This document shows, one piece after another, positions 60,941-64,000 of a DNA stretch of 64,000 nucleotides. The notes beneath the pieces are model-generated. The model ran no database searches. It worked only from the letters and a program-made list of their open reading frames with translations, and was not told the origin of the DNA. The DNA is taken from positions 1,152,001 through 1,216,000 of the forward strand of contig CAWFAK010000005.1 of NCBI GenBank assembly GCA_963813715.1, given 5' to 3'. The stretch's first letter is position 1, and every line of letters begins with the position of its first letter. This stretch comes from an uncultured Planctomycetaceae bacterium (GTDB lineage Bacteria; Planctomycetota; Planctomycetia; Planctomycetales; Planctomycetaceae). Made by a program: the position numbers and the translations under genes.

Positions 60941-62737
60941 GTGTCGACGCGACCCCAACCCAAACCGGCCAAAACTCCCGCCCAGCAACAGAGCTATAAC
61001 GGCGCTGAAATCCTGGTCGAGGCGATTGTCCGGCAGGGGGTCGATTGCATCTTCGCGTACCCGGGCGGGGCGAGCATGCCCCTGCACCAGGCGCTGCTCA
61101 AGTTCAAAGACCAGATCCGCACCGTGCTGCCGCGTCACGAACAGGGGGGCGGGTTCGCCGCACAGGGCGTGGCCCGCTCGACCGGCAAGGTCGGCGTCTG
61201 CATGGCGACGAGCGGACCGGGGGCGACCAACCTGGTGACGGCCCTGGCCGACGCCAAGCTCGACAGCGTGCCCATCGTTGCCATCACCGGTCAGGTGGCG
61301 CAGGCAGTCATCGGCAGCGACGCGTTTCAAGAAACGCCGACGATCGCCATGTGCCAGTCGATCACCAAACACCATTACATGATCACGCGGCTGGAAGACG
61401 TGCCGCGGATCGTGAAAGAGGCGTTTTACGTCGCCGGCTCGGGGCGGCCCGGTCCGGTGCTGATCGACTTTCCCAAGGACGTGCAATTGGCCCGGCAGGA
61501 CGAAACGCCCGACTTCGATCCGCCGATGAATCTGCCCGGCTATCATCCCGAGGCCCAGCAGCACCATCCCGAGCAGATCCGACAGGTGATCGCCGCGGTG
61601 AAACGCGCGCGGCGGCCGATTCTGTACATCGGCGGAGGCGTGATCAATTCGGGAGCTTCCGAGGAGCTGCGCAAGTTCGCCCTGCGGACCGGCATTCCCG
61701 TCACGTCGACCGTGATGGGGATCGGCGCGTTCCCGGGCGATCATCCGCAGTCGCTGCACATGCTGGGCATGCACGGGACGGTGTACGCCAACTACGCGAT
61801 CAATGAGGCCGATCTGCTGTTGGCTTTCGGCGTGCGGTTCGACGACCGGGTGACCGGCAAGCTGGAAGAGTTCGCCCGCCACGGCAAGATCGTGCACGTC
61901 GACGTCGATCCGTCGGAGCTGCACAAGAACAAAGAAGCCCACATCCCGATCATTGCCGACGTCAAAGGCGTGCTGGCCGACCTCAATCAGGCGATCACCG
62001 ACGACGACCTGCCCGATCTCCGCGAGTGGCAGGCGCAAATCGCCGAGTGGAAGGCACGCTATCCGCTCCGCTACAAGGAGTCGGGTGACGAGATCCTGCA
62101 GCAATACGCCATCGACGAACTGTGGCGGCAAACCCGCGAGCGCGACACCTACGTCGCGGTCGGCGTCGGCCAGCACCAGATGTGGGCGGCCCAGTTCTAC
62201 AAGTTCTCGCGTCCGCGGCACTGGCTGAGCAGCTCGGGCCTGGGAACGATGGGCTTTGGACTTCCCGCCGCGATGGGCGTGCAGGCCGCGCTGCCCGACA
62301 AGCTGGTGATCGACATCGACGGTGACGGCTCGATGCTGATGAACGTGCAGGAGCTGGCCACGCTCAACTGCGAGAAACTGCCGGTGAAGATCCTGCTGCT
62401 CAACAACCAGCACCTGGGCATGGTGGTGCAGTGGGAAGACCGCTTTCATGGCGGCAGCCGAGCCCACACGTATCTCGGTCCGATCGACGATCCGCAAGCC
62501 GTCGGCCAGGGGGACGGCACGCACGCCGAAGAGACGTATCCGAATTTCGTCAAAATCGCCGAGGGTTTTGGCCTGAAGGCCGCGCAAGTCCGCAGCAAGG
62601 CCAAATTCCCGGCCGCGCTGGCGGAGATGCTGGCTTACGACGGCCCCTACCTGCTCGACGTCATCTGCCCGTACCAGGAACACGTGCTTCCGATGATTCC
62701 CAGCGGCCGCACCGTGCGGGATATCATCACTGAATAG
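60941..62737 (+). CDS. ilvB: Acetolactate synthase large subunit
   Basis: [65 protein letters not shown]. Confidence 0.96.
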   Translation: MSTRPQPKPAKTPAQQQSYNGAEILVEAIVRQGVDCIFAYPGGASMPLHQALLKFKDQIRTVLPRHEQGGGFAAQGVARSTGKVGVCMATSGPGATNLVTALADAKLDSVPIVAITGQVAQAVIGSDAFQETPTIAMCQSITKHHYMITRLEDVPRIVKEAFYVAGSGRPGPVLIDFPKDVQLARQDETPDFDPPMNLPGYHPEAQQHHPEQIRQVIAAVKRARRPILYIGGGVINSGASEELRKFALRTGIPVTSTVMGIGAFPGDHPQSLHMLGMHGTVYANYAINEADLLLAFGVRFDDRVTGKLEEFARHGKIVHVDVDPSELHKNKEAHIPIIADVKGVLADLNQAITDDDLPDLREWQAQIAEWKARYPLRYKESGDEILQQYAIDELWRQTRERDTYVAVGVGQHQMWAAQFYKFSRPRHWLSSSGLGTMGFGLPAAMGVQAALPDKLVIDIDGDGSMLMNVQELATLNCEKLPVKILLLNNQHLGMVVQWEDRFHGGSRAHTYLGPIDDPQAVGQGDGTHAEETYPNFVKIAEGFGLKAAQVRSKAKFPAALAEMLAYDGPYLLDVICPYQEHVLPMIPSGRTVRDIITE

Positions 62738-62796
62738 CTTTACTGCATAGCTTTCGCCTCGATCAACCACTCGAATCCGGCACTCAGTATCCAGCC

Positions 62797-63045
62797 ATGG
62801 CCAGCTACAACAAATACGATCCGCGGCTCGAATCGCTCGTGATGGAAACGCGCACGCTGTGGGATCCGGAGGTTGCCAATCTTTCGGCCGAGGATAAGCA
62901 CTGGCTCGCCGAACAAGTGCAACGCCACCCGGAGCGGGCGGCCAAGATCAACTACGAACGGTCGCACACGGGGTTTGCCCGCGAGATTACGGTGACCCTG
63001 GCCGACGTCGAGCGGGTCTACGACGAGCGCCTCGCCTCGTCATAG
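62797..63045 (+). CDS. Small hypothetical protein
   Basis: 82-aa ORF with typical codon usage. Confidence 0.55.
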   Translation: MASYNKYDPRLESLVMETRTLWDPEVANLSAEDKHWLAEQVQRHPERAAKINYERSHTGFAREITVTLADVERVYDERLASS

Positions 63046-64000
63046 GATCAATCGCCGGAGTGGCACGTCCGGCCGTGCGGCCTACGCGCCAGGGGATCGG
63101 CAGCTTCAGGCTGGTGGCGACTTCTTCGAGCTTGTGGACGTGGTCGCAGTGGAGAGGAATGCCCTCGCGCCGCCAGCGGTGCGAGCGCTCCCACTCGAGT
63201 TCGCCCGGCAGACGCACGACGTCGAAGCCTTCGACCGGCGGCAGCGCGCGGATGCCGGCGACCGTCGCTTCAATTTCGGCGTAGAACTCAGCCAGATCGA
63301 CGAATTGCCGGATATCGATCGCATAGAAGAAGTGCTCGGAGCCGTCGACCGTATAGCTGGCGCTTTTGCGAAGGGGCATGCGAGCGCCGACCAGGCAGCC
63401 CGCCAGCACCGACGACAGAAAGGCCATCCCAGAGCCGCGGGCCCCCGCGAAGGGCAACAGCGTCTTGGCGGCGTGGGGATCGTCGGTCGGCTGGCCGTCG
63501 GCGTCGAGCCCCCAATTCGGCGGCATTTTATAGCCATACATCTTCCAGCTCTCGACCTTGCCCCAGGCCGACACGGCACACGCCATGTCGAGCACGAACG
63601 GGGCCCCGGACCGCGTGGGCACGCCCCAGGCGACGGCGTTGTTGGCCGTGCCCGGCTTGTTGCTGCCGTACGCCGCCACCGTGGCCATTCCCGTGCTGGT
63701 GGTCGTGAAGCCGATCATCTCCGCTTCGACGGCCATCATCGCGTAGACGGCAGCGGCTCCATAATGCTGGCCCTGGCGGACGGCTACGGTCCCCGTGCCG
63801 ACGGTCCGCGCCTTGTCGATCGCCATTTTCATGGCCTTCGTCGCCGCGACGTGTCCCAGTCCTTTGCCGCCGTTGAGGACGGCGATCGCCGGCGTTTCCC
63901 GCTCGACGATGATCTGGGCCCGCGGATCGATGCCGCCGTTGTCCATCCCTTCGAGATATTTCCAGAGCGCTCGGCTGCCGTGCGAGTGAATGCCGCGCAG
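62987..64000 (-). CDS. Ldh_2 family (malate/L-lactate dehydrogenase-like) oxidoreductase, 5' end outside window
   Basis: LRGIHSHG at the window edge, GLGHV, HYGAA, VLDMACA, LLPFAGARG, RLPGELE. Confidence 0.88.
   Translation of the reverse strand: MRGIHSHGSRALWKYLEGMDNGGIDPRAQIIVERETPAIAVLNGGKGLGHVAATKAMKMAIDKARTVGTGTVAVRQGQHYGAAAVYAMMAVEAEMIGFTTTSTGMATVAAYGSNKPGTANNAVAWGVPTRSGAPFVLDMACAVSAWGKVESWKMYGYKMPPNWGLDADGQPTDDPHAAKTLLPFAGARGSGMAFLSSVLAGCLVGARMPLRKSASYTVDGSEHFFYAIDIRQFVDLAEFYAEIEATVAGIRALPPVEGFDVVRLPGELEWERSHRWRREGIPLHCDHVHKLEEVATSLKLPIPWRVGRTAGRATPAIDPMTRRGARRRPARRRPGSP

Overview
GC-rich bacterial chromosomal segment. Planctomycete-style genes (LEPR-XLL surface protein, DUF6677-like protein, HTH-receiver regulator) suggest Planctomycetota. 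It carries housekeeping genes (tRNA-His, polA, gltX, glnS, glnA, ilvB, ggt), envelope and glycosylation genes, and many REP-like repeats. About 20 genes, including essential ones, have single-base frameshifts, most likely long-read indel errors, so gene splits and fusions need caution. Main result: two tandem IS110 elements (54700-55918, 56250-57468) can be read from sequence as a bridge-RNA recombination system. Evidence: a CT core at both ends, insertion at the same position of a REP palindrome whose empty copies lie 3 kb upstream, a sigma70-like promoter formed only at the circle junction, and a structured left-end ncRNA whose loops carry target- and donor-matching guides with compensatory stem changes between copies. 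Other candidates: an IspH-ferritin-like fusion with a palindromic operator shared with a wHTH regulator operon; a decayed TIR/DUF6119/GIY-YIG defence-like island; a doubled GT39-like protein; a LigD-phosphoesterase/CPCC fusion; a BshC-like gene; and a dispersed GGGACGGGACACGTTGTTTCAC motif. All family calls come from motif recognition by eye, not database searches.
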